A DNA stretch of 64,000 nt from a virus (Duplodnaviria > Caudoviricetes), in IMG/VR virus record IMGVR_UViG_3300037067_012588. One strand, 5' to 3'. Shown in pieces: positions 55,201 through 64,000 of this stretch. The position numbers and the translations under genes were made by a program. Numbering within the stretch: position 1 is the stretch's first letter; every line of letters begins with the position of its first letter. The notes beneath the pieces were generated by a model. That model was not told where the DNA came from. It made no database searches and saw nothing but the letters and a program-made list of their open reading frames with translations.

Positions 55201-57210
55201 CTATTCCAATTCAACCAACTCCAAAGTCTCTGTCGGGTCAGCAACAAGTGTCTGCTCCAAACCAGAAAGGTCCATCGCACCAAACTCTGACTTTATTGTT
55301 TTCGGTTCGCCCTTGAAAAAAACCAAAAGACTCTTGTGAACACAAATTCCTTTTCTTCCAAGTTTTCCCTTTATCCATGGCTTATCTTGCAAGAAAATAG
55401 CCTCATTGTAAAGCCTCATACCTTGACTCTCAAATGCCTTGATTATCTTTCCAGAAAGACAAGACGAGAAGCCATCCTCATTCTCTACATCCTCAAAAAG
55501 AACACAAGCCATTCTCCCATCTTTGAGGTTTTTTACAGCAGCTTCTATCTTTCCGTAAATCTCTTCCGTGAATACGTTTACCTTCGGGACAACCATGACA
55601 ACCATATCTGACGCTTCCTCTGGAATCTCTGTCTTCCATAGAGGGGTCTGCGTTTCTTTTTCATTACGAACAACAACTTCTTCATTTCGGAGCCCAACAA
55701 CCCAAAGCAAATCACCGTAATCAAGATATGGCAAACACTTCGCCTCATACGACGAATCTAAAAGAATGTCCCCAATCATATTGCACTCTGCTTTGTCAGC
55801 AGAACATTTTACCAACGTCACCATCTCACGCCATCCAGCAGGCGCATACTGGTTTAACCTCTCATCAGGGTCAACCCCAACAACAACTCCCAAAACAGGA
55901 ATTTCTCTCCCGCTGTCTTTTAACCCATGAAGAATACCAGCCAAAGACATACCAGAACCAACAGGCACAACAATACGACTAACATCAGGAATATTTATTA
56001 CTTGCTCTGCCATCTGTCGTATAAATACATCACTCTCAAGATTAGCAGGAATTTCTGTCCATCCTCTTGCCGCAGCATCCTCTTTGGCTTTCGCAATAGC
56101 ATCAGTAATGAAATCTGTCTGGTGTTGAATGATTTCTGCCCCATGGTTCTTTGCATCCAAAAGCTCAGACGTCATATCACCCTTGTTGGTGTGAACACGA
56201 CAAGGAACTCCCAGACGACCAGCAATACGTGCGACAATGCCACTCAGGGGCGATGTAAGCCCCACAGCAGCGACGACACCACAAGAACCACTGCAAAGCT
56301 CTACACAGGCTCTAGCCTTCGCTCCACGGGCATTTGCTACGCAATACAAGTCATCTCGCTTCACAATGAACTCATCAACCATCTGAATCGGAGTAATGTC
56401 TTCTGTGTTGTCACTCAAATACCGTTTTGTCTTGACAGAAGCAAACACATCGATATTTCTCTTCGACTGTTTCTCGCTTGTCGTTATTCCAATATATTTT
56501 CCACCAGAAATTCCCGTCGCTATACCCCAAGACGGATCATCACCATACAAGTCAAGAACCGTTCCACCAGAAGGACAAAACCACTCAAGCAACAAAGAAG
56601 GAAGAACTGGATCATTGTCTCCACAAATACCATTCCGAACCATTTCTGCACGACGTTCTCTCCAATATGGCTTCCTCTGGTCAAGAGTTGTAAGTGGAGG
56701 AACTGAAAGTAATTCGTTTTCCGTGTCGGGATGAGTCTCTTCTTCTTCATTTTCTTCTGGCGGCGTATCTCCATCTCCACCTTCTTCACTCGCATCTTTC
56801 TTTTTCTCTTCTCCTCCGAGGGATTTCAAGAGATCATCAATACGAACAGCCTGAAACATCTCCGGCAATTCATCACCAATCTCCTGCAAAAGACTTCGAG
56901 TCGAATCATCCCAATCACCCCTTACGGCAGGACTATTCAACGTTATATTGAGAGCAATCTCATGAGTCTCGTCCATATCAACCTCAACAACATCTGTTTC
57001 AACAACACCCATCTCATTAAGAACTTTACATCTCTGATGCCCACCAACAACATTTCCAGTCCTCTTATTCCATACAATAGGCTCAACGAAACCGAACTTC
57101 GTAATTGACTCACGAAGTCCTGCAAAAGAGTTTGCATCGATTGTTCTTGGATTATAGTCGGAAGGCAAAAGGTCTTTGACAAACTTCCTAACCAAAACAA
57201 TATCTTTCAT
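55201..57210 (-). CDS. ParB-N plus degenerate methyltransferase with an inserted PLP fold-II enzyme domain
   Basis: YNPR..GGHQR; VLDLYGDD; IVKRDD...GAKAR; VPVGSGMSLAG; LDSSYEAK; RLYNEAI...LVFFKG matching the paralog. Confidence 0.8.
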   Translation of the reverse strand: MKDIVLVRKFVKDLLPSDYNPRTIDANSFAGLRESITKFGFVEPIVWNKRTGNVVGGHQRCKVLNEMGVVETDVVEVDMDETHEIALNITLNSPAVRGDWDDSTRSLLQEIGDELPEMFQAVRIDDLLKSLGGEEKKKDASEEGGDGDTPPEENEEEETHPDTENELLSVPPLTTLDQRKPYWRERRAEMVRNGICGDNDPVLPSLLLEWFCPSGGTVLDLYGDDPSWGIATGISGGKYIGITTSEKQSKRNIDVFASVKTKRYLSDNTEDITPIQMVDEFIVKRDDLYCVANARGAKARACVELCSGSCGVVAAVGLTSPLSGIVARIAGRLGVPCRVHTNKGDMTSELLDAKNHGAEIIQHQTDFITDAIAKAKEDAAARGWTEIPANLESDVFIRQMAEQVINIPDVSRIVVPVGSGMSLAGILHGLKDSGREIPVLGVVVGVDPDERLNQYAPAGWREMVTLVKCSADKAECNMIGDILLDSSYEAKCLPYLDYGDLLWVVGLRNEEVVVRNEKETQTPLWKTEIPEEASDMVVMVVPKVNVFTEEIYGKIEAAVKNLKDGRMACVLFEDVENEDGFSSCLSGKIIKAFESQGMRLYNEAIFLQDKPWIKGKLGRKGICVHKSLLVFFKGEPKTIKSEFGAMDLSGLEQTLVADPTETLELVELE

Positions 57211-57302
57211 TCCGTTGCTCCAACAATCGGAGTCAACTGCTGCCAGTCGCACCCCTCACCATGAACATACTCAGCCCAACGTTTTCGAATCACATCACAA
57301 TA
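57197..57302. repeat. direct repeat A, copy 1 (about 106 bp; copy 2 at 58531-58636)
   Basis: Near-identical DNA encoding YCDVIRKRWAEYVHGEGCDWQQLTPI.GATE plus the next start MKDIV. Confidence 0.9.
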
Positions 57303-58544
57303 CTTCGTACTCAACTCCATTCCTCTGCCAAGTCGACCAGTAATCTCTGCGGCCATAATCGTTGTTCCCGACCCACAAAAACTATCAAATACAACATCAC
57401 CCTCATTTGAACTATTCTTCATTTGCTGTGTGAATAATTCTACGGGTTTTGTTGTAGGGTGATCTGCACTTCTTGCTGGTTTTTTGTAATCAAAAACGGT
57501 GGTCATTTTTCGTCCACCATTCCAACAATGTGCAGCCCCTTCTTTCCAACCATAAAGACAAGGATCATATTCAGGTTCATATCCTTTCTTCGACTTGTCT
57601 TGCTCTGGAACTTGTGACTCATCAGCAACCTTGTCTCCGTTCCATGTCACTTCTCCACCAAGCTTATGACCATATAAGCAAGGCTCATGTTTCTGTTGAT
57701 AATTCGACCAACCCAGAACCATAGTGTTTTTATTCCAAATTAATACCTGTCTGTTGTCCCAACCACAAGACTTCATAGCTAAAAAGAAATTCAAAGTCTC
57801 TGAATCACTATACCAAATATAATACACAGCACCAGGCTTCATGACACTGTCCGCAGCTTTATATGCCGAAGTAAGGAACTGCAAAAAATCATCATCGCTC
57901 ATTTTATCATTGGCAATCTTCAGGGCATCCTTTGTTTTTCCGACATAGGCAACATTGTACGGAGGGTCGGTCAACCAAAGACTAACGAGTTCTCCATTCA
58001 TAAGCTTTTTGACATCATCTTCCTTTGTCGATGAACCACACATTAACCTGTGATCCCCTAAACGATAAACTTCGCCCTCTTTGCTCTCTGGAGTCTTTGG
58101 AACTACTGGTATTGCGTCTGGATCAGTATGTCCCTTCTTGTCCTCACCAGGAAACATCTTCCCCAAATCATTCAACATAACCGACTTGTAAAGTTCTGGA
58201 AGCTCTCCTTCTACTCTCTCAAGTAAGTCGCCAATATTATCTGTCCAGTCTCCTTGAATAGCTGGGTTGTTTAACGTGACATTCAAAGCAATCTCTTCAT
58301 TCTCAGGCATGTCAACAACAACAACCGTTGTCTCTTCGACACCCTGCGCTGTTAAGACCTTGAACCTCTGATGCCCACCAACAATGTTTCCTGTCTGTTT
58401 GTTCCAGACAATAGGCTCAACTAAACCGAACCTCGTAATCGAAGAGGTCAAACCTGCAAGAGCTTCCTTTGATATAGACCTCGGGTTATAAGAAGCTGGC
58501 GTGATATCCGCCAGCTTCTTTGTTTCCCATACAATATCTTTCAT
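57207..58544 (-). CDS. ParB-N plus N6/N4 DNA methyltransferase (beta-class order)
   Basis: HRLMCG, TDPPYNV, HPTTKPV, DSFCGSGTT. Confidence 0.92.
   Translation of the reverse strand: MKDIVWETKKLADITPASYNPRSISKEALAGLTSSITRFGLVEPIVWNKQTGNIVGGHQRFKVLTAQGVEETTVVVVDMPENEEIALNVTLNNPAIQGDWTDNIGDLLERVEGELPELYKSVMLNDLGKMFPGEDKKGHTDPDAIPVVPKTPESKEGEVYRLGDHRLMCGSSTKEDDVKKLMNGELVSLWLTDPPYNVAYVGKTKDALKIANDKMSDDDFLQFLTSAYKAADSVMKPGAVYYIWYSDSETLNFFLAMKSCGWDNRQVLIWNKNTMVLGWSNYQQKHEPCLYGHKLGGEVTWNGDKVADESQVPEQDKSKKGYEPEYDPCLYGWKEGAAHCWNGGRKMTTVFDYKKPARSADHPTTKPVELFTQQMKNSSNEGDVVFDSFCGSGTTIMAAEITGRLGRGMELSTKYCDVIRKRWAEYVHGEGCDWQQLTPIVGATE
58399..58529. repeat. direct repeat B, copy 1 (about 131 bp; copy 2 at 59559-59689)
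   Basis: Near-identical DNA encoding WETKKLADITPASYNPR...EPIVWNK. Confidence 0.9.
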
Positions 58545-59719
58545 TCTGTTGCTCCAATAATCGGGGTCAACTGCTGCCAGTCGCACCCCTCACCATGAAC
58601 ATATTCAGCCCAACGTTTTCGAATCACATCGCAATAGGATGTATTTAGCTCTATAGCACAACATTTTCTTTCAAGTTTTTCACAAGCTATCAATGTAGAA
58701 CCAGAACCGCAAAATGGTTCGAATACCAAACCACTTGTCCAGCCAACAACTTCTTCCATTAGCGATACTGGTTTCTCTGTAGGATGGAGATTGTTTCCAC
58801 TCCTATCATGTAGCACCAAGTCCGAAGGACGCTTACCCGTCCAAAAATGATTCTTACCCAAATAGAACAGACATACTTCAGTCTGCCTTCCATGTTCATG
58901 CTCCAAGTCACCCATAGACCAATTATTTTTTGCCCATGTAATGAGACTTTTAGGCATTGGCACATCTACCAAGTTATTCCAACGACACCACAGATATTTG
59001 GAATGTTCAGCTTCCAATCCTGTTGCCCAAACCAAAAGCTTGGCGTCTTCATCCCCTGCAATCTTTTCATGTTTCGCTGTTCCCTTACGATGTCCACTCT
59101 GGAACGCCATCCCATAAGGAGGGTCTGATACAACTGACCCTATAACTTGCCCGTCCAAAACTCTCTTCATATTTTCAGGACTTGAGCAATCACCACACAA
59201 AAGACGATGATCACCCAATTGGTACATTTCACCAACCTGACTTATCACGTCTTTTTGTGGCTCAGGTATGTCATCCTCGTTTTTCTTAGATTTTCTTGCG
59301 CTCGTATGCCCAAGAGCCTTCTCAAGGTCATCCAGTTTTACAGAATTGAAAAGGTCTGGAAGTTCCTCATTAATCATTTTTAGAAGATCACCAGTTCCTT
59401 CTGTCCAATCTCCCTGAATAGCTGGATTGTTTAACGTGATGTTGAGGGCAATTTCTTCGTTCTCAGGCATGTCAATTACGACAACCGTTGTCTCATCAAT
59501 ACCTTGTTCTGACAACACCTTGAATCGTTGATGTCCACCGACGATATTACCAGTTCTCTTGTTCCAGACAATAGGCTCAACTAAGCCAAACCTCGTAATC
59601 GAAGAGGTCAAACCTGCAAGGGCTTCCTTTGATATAGACCTTGGGTTATAAGAAGCTGGCGTGATATCTGCCAGCTTCTTTGTTTCCCACACCAAATCAC
59701 CAATAGTTTTTTTCGACAC
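58541..59719 (-). CDS. ParB-N plus N6/N4 DNA methyltransferase (beta-class order)
   Basis: HRLLCGD, SDPPYG, HPTEKPV, EPFCGSGST. Confidence 0.92.
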   Translation of the reverse strand: MSKKTIGDLVWETKKLADITPASYNPRSISKEALAGLTSSITRFGLVEPIVWNKRTGNIVGGHQRFKVLSEQGIDETTVVVIDMPENEEIALNITLNNPAIQGDWTEGTGDLLKMINEELPDLFNSVKLDDLEKALGHTSARKSKKNEDDIPEPQKDVISQVGEMYQLGDHRLLCGDCSSPENMKRVLDGQVIGSVVSDPPYGMAFQSGHRKGTAKHEKIAGDEDAKLLVWATGLEAEHSKYLWCRWNNLVDVPMPKSLITWAKNNWSMGDLEHEHGRQTEVCLFYLGKNHFWTGKRPSDLVLHDRSGNNLHPTEKPVSLMEEVVGWTSGLVFEPFCGSGSTLIACEKLERKCCAIELNTSYCDVIRKRWAEYVHGEGCDWQQLTPIIGATE

Positions 59720-59732
59720 AAAACATCTCCTC

Positions 59733-59960
59733 TTACTTCAGCGATGAAACATCAAAAGGTCCACCGTCAACAAACACCAACGGCGTAGCGTAATTCTGAG
59801 CAGCAAGATGCTTCAAAGCCGCAGGATTGAACTCATCACCGTTTGTCAATCCTGCCGCAGGACGCTCCTCAATTTCAAAACCATTGGAAATAAGAGTCTT
59901 CTTCACATCTTCACACTTCGGGCATTTATCACCAGCCCACATAATCGCAACCTTACCCAC
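59733..59960 (-). CDS. glutaredoxin/NrdH-like protein
   Basis: CPKC, TPLVFVDG; adjacent to nrdD. Confidence 0.75.
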   Translation of the reverse strand: MGKVAIMWAGDKCPKCEDVKKTLISNGFEIEERPAAGLTNGDEFNPAALKHLAAQNYATPLVFVDGGPFDVSSLK

Positions 59961-59971
59961 GACTCACCTCC

Positions 59972-62182
59972 TCAAATTGTATACTGTCCACTATGACGAT
60001 CCTGACCTTCACGCTTCTTGCTGACGTTCCAATTGTCTACCTTCGAGTAATACCCAACGACACGGGTAATACGGTCAACATCTTTGTTGCCACACTTCGG
60101 ACAAGTCTCTTTCAACCCAGGAAACCGTCCGCACTTTTGGCAAACCGTAAACTCTGGAGATACAACCAATTGAGCGCAATTCGTTTCGTGAAAGACTTTC
60201 TCAAGCAAAGTGAAAAGCGATGAAGGCTCAGGCATATTCTCTCCACAAAACATATGAACGATAGCCCCCGATTCAATCATGTTGTGGAATTCAGACTGCT
60301 TGAAGACACGCTCGACAAAAGGAATGTCGGCATCTGGACGGAAGTGAATCGAATTGGTATAGTAGACATTGTCATCTTCAAGCGAACCGTTGACAAACTT
60401 CTTAGCAATCTCATATTTACCAACATCACAACGAGCGAGACGCCGAGCCGTACTCTCAGCAGGACTCTCTTCCAATGTGAACTTCAACCCAGTTTCCTTC
60501 TTGAACTTACCAAGAACAGCAAGCATATACGCAACAACATCCTTGCCCTTCTCAAACGCACCATCAGAATCGTGCATCTCCTGACCGACCATGAACTTCA
60601 AGGCTTCATTCAGCCCAATCATGCCAATGATATAGGTACAAGACGGAAGATGAACATACGGCTTTCCATCGAAATATGGAGCGCCACAGAGGTCATACAT
60701 CGGGTCGCCAGGATTCTGGCTGATTGACTCGATGAACTTCTTCTTCTGAAGATGAGCCTTCTTCGCCAGCTCCATTGCTGTCATCACTTCCTTCTCAAAC
60801 GCCTTCCAGTCACCATTGCTGCGATAGGCACACTGAGGCAGATTGATGGTCACGTTCATGAACCCACAGAAACGCAAACGCTCTGGCTCTTCGAGAATCT
60901 TCGGGTCCTCAATCTTCGTGCGCAACCTGCAACACGCCGCAACGGTAATACTATCGTGGTCAAAAATGAAATACGGAGAACCATTTTCACCAGCAATCTC
61001 GCAAGCCTGCATCACGATGTCTTTGTTCTCGGTAAAGTCCTTCTCAGAGAGGTGGAAATCCATCTTCGGAAAAGCAAACGGAGCTCCGTTCGAATCTCCA
61101 GCCCGCCAAACCTCCATCATCGACTTCAAGAACTTCTTCGATACCTCTTCATAATCAGCATAAGTCTTCTTGACAACAACCAAGCCATTACGACCTTCCT
61201 TAGCGGCAAGCTCGATATCTTCCCACGTATCCATATCGTCAAAGAACTTGTTGAAGTTTTCTCTGGTAATCTCAACATCGCCTTTGACAATCTTCGTCAG
61301 CATCTTCCCACCAGGACCAACAGCCTGAACCTTCTTAAGCCAATCAGGAATACTGATGTGGACATTGAAATCCGTGAAGAGAACCTGCCCACCACGACTG
61401 AACGCAGATTGGCTGAGCGAGAAAATCAGATACTGGGCAACCTGTTTCATCTCTTGAGCCGACATCTTCTCGACATACGGAGCAAAATAGATGTTCACAA
61501 AATCAAGCCCAAGAGCACCAGCATAATACGTCGCAGCACTGCAAAGGAATGTATTGATATGCCCGACAAGAACCTGAGCGTGTTTGGCCGGAGAAGAACG
61601 AACATCAAATTTCAGGAACTGCCCCAACCCGTGCATTGCAATAGCACGAACAGAATGAGCACTGCAATAAACTTTCGTGATACACCCCATGTCATGGAGG
61701 TGGATAAGACCTTCAAGGTGAGCACGCTCAACATCACCAGCAAAGACTTTCTTCAATGCGTACTTCTTAAACGTATTCTCGGCAACAATGAGAGCAATAG
61801 CTTCTGGATTGTTTCTTGAGATATTGCTGTTCTCTGAGGACTTCTCACGAATAAGATTGTCAAGGTCGTACAGTGACATACCGACCGAAACCTGACCAGA
61901 CAGCTTTGCACCATTGAATCCGTTTTTCAGCAAGTGGTAATTGACAATCATCTTGAGCGTCTGAATGTCAATTTCTGTTTTTCCCATCGCAACAAGCTCT
62001 TCGTAAACCGTATTCGCAATCTTTTCAGCATCGCCCTTCGTCAACTTACACTCTTCACGAAGAGCAGCAACAACCTTTGCGGAATCCCACTCATGGATAT
62101 CATAATTGGACAACGACTTTACCTGCAAATGAACGTCAGTCGAATTATCGTGACGCTCTTTCAACACCTTTACCTTTGTCAT
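59972..62182 (-). CDS. nrdD: class III anaerobic ribonucleoside-triphosphate reductase with ATP cone
   Basis: IHLHD, YCSAH, CCRL, ESPAES, YYTNS, zinc ribbon, glycyl-radical RVVGY. Confidence 0.95.
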   Translation of the reverse strand: MTKVKVLKERHDNSTDVHLQVKSLSNYDIHEWDSAKVVAALREECKLTKGDAEKIANTVYEELVAMGKTEIDIQTLKMIVNYHLLKNGFNGAKLSGQVSVGMSLYDLDNLIREKSSENSNISRNNPEAIALIVAENTFKKYALKKVFAGDVERAHLEGLIHLHDMGCITKVYCSAHSVRAIAMHGLGQFLKFDVRSSPAKHAQVLVGHINTFLCSAATYYAGALGLDFVNIYFAPYVEKMSAQEMKQVAQYLIFSLSQSAFSRGGQVLFTDFNVHISIPDWLKKVQAVGPGGKMLTKIVKGDVEITRENFNKFFDDMDTWEDIELAAKEGRNGLVVVKKTYADYEEVSKKFLKSMMEVWRAGDSNGAPFAFPKMDFHLSEKDFTENKDIVMQACEIAGENGSPYFIFDHDSITVAACCRLRTKIEDPKILEEPERLRFCGFMNVTINLPQCAYRSNGDWKAFEKEVMTAMELAKKAHLQKKKFIESISQNPGDPMYDLCGAPYFDGKPYVHLPSCTYIIGMIGLNEALKFMVGQEMHDSDGAFEKGKDVVAYMLAVLGKFKKETGLKFTLEESPAESTARRLARCDVGKYEIAKKFVNGSLEDDNVYYTNSIHFRPDADIPFVERVFKQSEFHNMIESGAIVHMFCGENMPEPSSLFTLLEKVFHETNCAQLVVSPEFTVCQKCGRFPGLKETCPKCGNKDVDRITRVVGYYSKVDNWNVSKKREGQDRHSGQYTI

Positions 62183-62262
62183 TTGAATCTCCTATTTCTC
62201 TGACCGACAAACAGCCCGACGCTACACAGCGGCAGCAAACCACAAGCTATAAGGTTTTTATA

Positions 62263-63750
62263 TTATCTCGCCAATCGCCGATTAGGGTCTGCCCAAGGCG
62301 AAACCGAATTGGGAACAAAAACCTCCCGATTTTTATTCTTAAGCCTTAGATTCCGAACGTCGCAAATCATACAATCATCAATCGTAACAGACCCACCATG
62401 TTTTCCAGCACCACACTCATACGTTGTCACCGTCTTCACTTTCCCACCGCAACAAATTTTTTCTTCAACCGAAATCACATTTCCTCGATATTCACATCCC
62501 TCCAAAACGTAAGGACACATGAAATTTTCTTGCAGTCCCCACCGAGCAGAAACCTGTCCACGAAATGAAACTCCAGCAGAATCTTCCGAACGGCACGAAG
62601 CACAAAATTGCCCCGACCTGCACACCTCCGACTCAAAGAATGGGTTCTCTATAAAAGAAATTGTTGTCGGTGGCGTAACTCCCCTATCAACAACATTTTG
62701 GACAGACCTCTTTCCAACCAGATTGTCGACCTTCACCGCTGCAATCTTATGCGCAGAATTTACAGCATCAATATCACCACGCACTGGAGCAGCAGAATCA
62801 AACCATTTACACGACAAACATGCAGCAGCATCTATCTCTTTTTGGAGCTTTGTACAATACCAACGACTCCGCATTTTCCAATGGCATCTCTGCTCAAGAC
62901 CCGCTGGCTTCTCATGAAAAGTCTGACTATCAACCTTAACTCTATCACCATTATCTGCAACACAAATGGGTGATCGTGTTCCTTCCATCGGGTTAATCAC
63001 AAACTCATCCGACCATTCAAGATATCGATCATCCATATCGCTTCCATTACGAATCGCATATGCTATCAAGCGACTATCGTAAACACATGGCTTATAAACA
63101 CTCTCTCCCTCAACCTCAACAACCCCCAAAAGCTTCCGAACCTTCAGATCATATGCTATCGTAATGATGTCACGTTTGTCATCAGACATCTGTCCGCAAA
63201 TATAAAGCTTGGAATCGTCCATCGGATCAGTTGAAACTCTATAGACCCAGACGAAAGGATTCTGTATTGCAAATACTTGTCCAGTTTCAAAAGCGAGGAC
63301 ATGAACCTCTCCAGAAGACGAAAGATTCGAATCCAATGTTCCACCTACAACTCGATAAGAACTATTCTCGCAAAACGTCCAAGGACGCAACCCAAGAGGA
63401 TTGATTCTCTCAGGTGTCGTCAAGTAACGAACAGAAGGACCAATCGCCTGATAAAGATGATATCTGTCTTCCTCCCGCCCAGAAACAAACGACAAAACGA
63501 GATTACCATCCTCCCGTTTATATATAGATGGATTGCATTTGTTGTGATTGATGGGCAACTCCAACTGAAGAACTTCTGCCTTATCAACATCAACGCCAGA
63601 TTCAAAATCGAACGGCGAAAATACCATCTCCCAAACAGACGGCTCAATAATGTTTTTCCTTGAGAAAAACAAATAGAGTCCCTCTCCAAAATCGAAGAGA
63701 AACGGCATATGTGTTCGCCATGTTGATTGAACTTTATGAACAGCCATCAT
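62263..63750 (-). CDS. hypothetical protein: beta-rich N-terminus, Cys-rich C-terminus
   Basis: 495-aa ORF with several CxxC clusters in the C-terminal half. Confidence 0.7.
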   Translation of the reverse strand: MMAVHKVQSTWRTHMPFLFDFGEGLYLFFSRKNIIEPSVWEMVFSPFDFESGVDVDKAEVLQLELPINHNKCNPSIYKREDGNLVLSFVSGREEDRYHLYQAIGPSVRYLTTPERINPLGLRPWTFCENSSYRVVGGTLDSNLSSSGEVHVLAFETGQVFAIQNPFVWVYRVSTDPMDDSKLYICGQMSDDKRDIITIAYDLKVRKLLGVVEVEGESVYKPCVYDSRLIAYAIRNGSDMDDRYLEWSDEFVINPMEGTRSPICVADNGDRVKVDSQTFHEKPAGLEQRCHWKMRSRWYCTKLQKEIDAAACLSCKWFDSAAPVRGDIDAVNSAHKIAAVKVDNLVGKRSVQNVVDRGVTPPTTISFIENPFFESEVCRSGQFCASCRSEDSAGVSFRGQVSARWGLQENFMCPYVLEGCEYRGNVISVEEKICCGGKVKTVTTYECGAGKHGGSVTIDDCMICDVRNLRLKNKNREVFVPNSVSPWADPNRRLAR

Positions 63751-64000
63751 TTCTTCTTTGACGTGACAGAAATGGAATCTTTCTGATGCTTTTCAGCTTT
63801 CTCTTTTTCTTTCTGCTTCTTAATTTCAGCAATACGTTGCGGACGACGAGCCCACGCATCCTCAAGCCATTTCTTTTGTTTGGCTCTGGACTTCTCTGCG
63901 TTCTTTCCCGCCGTTTCCTGCATCTCATCCTTGATTTGCGAACCACGACGAACGATATCATCATACACCGACTCAAACGTTGTTGGCCCCTGAGAAGTTG
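63747..64000 (-). CDS. basic hypothetical protein, start probably outside the window
   Basis: Frame of the 63747-63968 ORF stays open to the window end. Confidence 0.55.
   Translation of the reverse strand, partial: TSQGPTTFESVYDDIVRRGSQIKDEMQETAGKNAEKSRAKQKKWLEDAWARRPQRIAEIKKQKEKEKAEKHQKDSISVTSKKK

Noticed and set aside
57211-57252. N-terminal extensions MRLAAVD... on two MTase ORFs
   Set aside because: They overlap the duplicated 3' end of the upstream gene; the likely starts are the ATGA-coupled MKDIV codons at 57210 and 58544
62238-62256. NrdR box upstream of nrdD
   Set aside because: CCACAAGCTATAAGG only loosely resembles the consensus, the spacing is off and there is no clear tandem box
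1-64000. CRISPR array, tRNA or rRNA genes, diversity-generating retroelement
   Set aside because: No regularly spaced repeats, cloverleaf or reverse transcriptase found by eye; the MTase repeat differences look synonymous rather than DGR-like

Overview
A 64 kb segment of a large (probably jumbo) dsDNA bacteriophage. It is densely packed, read in standard genetic code, almost entirely on the minus strand, and has many ATGA-type overlaps. No capsid, terminase, polymerase, tRNA or CRISPR signature is visible. Recognisable functions: dNTP supply (class III RNR nrdD/nrdG, glutaredoxin-like protein, ThyX, dCMP deaminase, dNMP kinase, MazG-like protein); an NAD(P) salvage block (NAMPT, NadM-Nudix, NAD kinase, two Nudix hydrolases); ADP-ribose enzymes (ARH, macro domain); an Apyc1-like MBL hydrolase; a Mom-like GNAT; and four tandem ParB-N/DNA-methyltransferase genes. 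The class III RNR suggests an anaerobic host, and a pseudopilin-type leader weakly suggests a PVC-superphylum host (both inference). Most striking observations: (1) an RlmN/Cfr-like radical SAM enzyme that lacks the crosslink-resolving Cys, with its AACGQL catalytic-Cys segment encoded as a separate 45-aa ORF; (2) about 24 divergent copies of an unnamed CxxC...C...CP(F/Y)xxEH mini-domain; (3) a PLP fold-II enzyme inserted in a degenerate ParB-MTase; (4) a LAGLIDADG endonuclease fused in frame inside ThyX with no visible intein motifs; (5) an ARH gene split at a G-GGA-AAG slippery site; (6) a repeated GGACGATG upstream motif. All calls come from motif reading by eye; no database searches were run.
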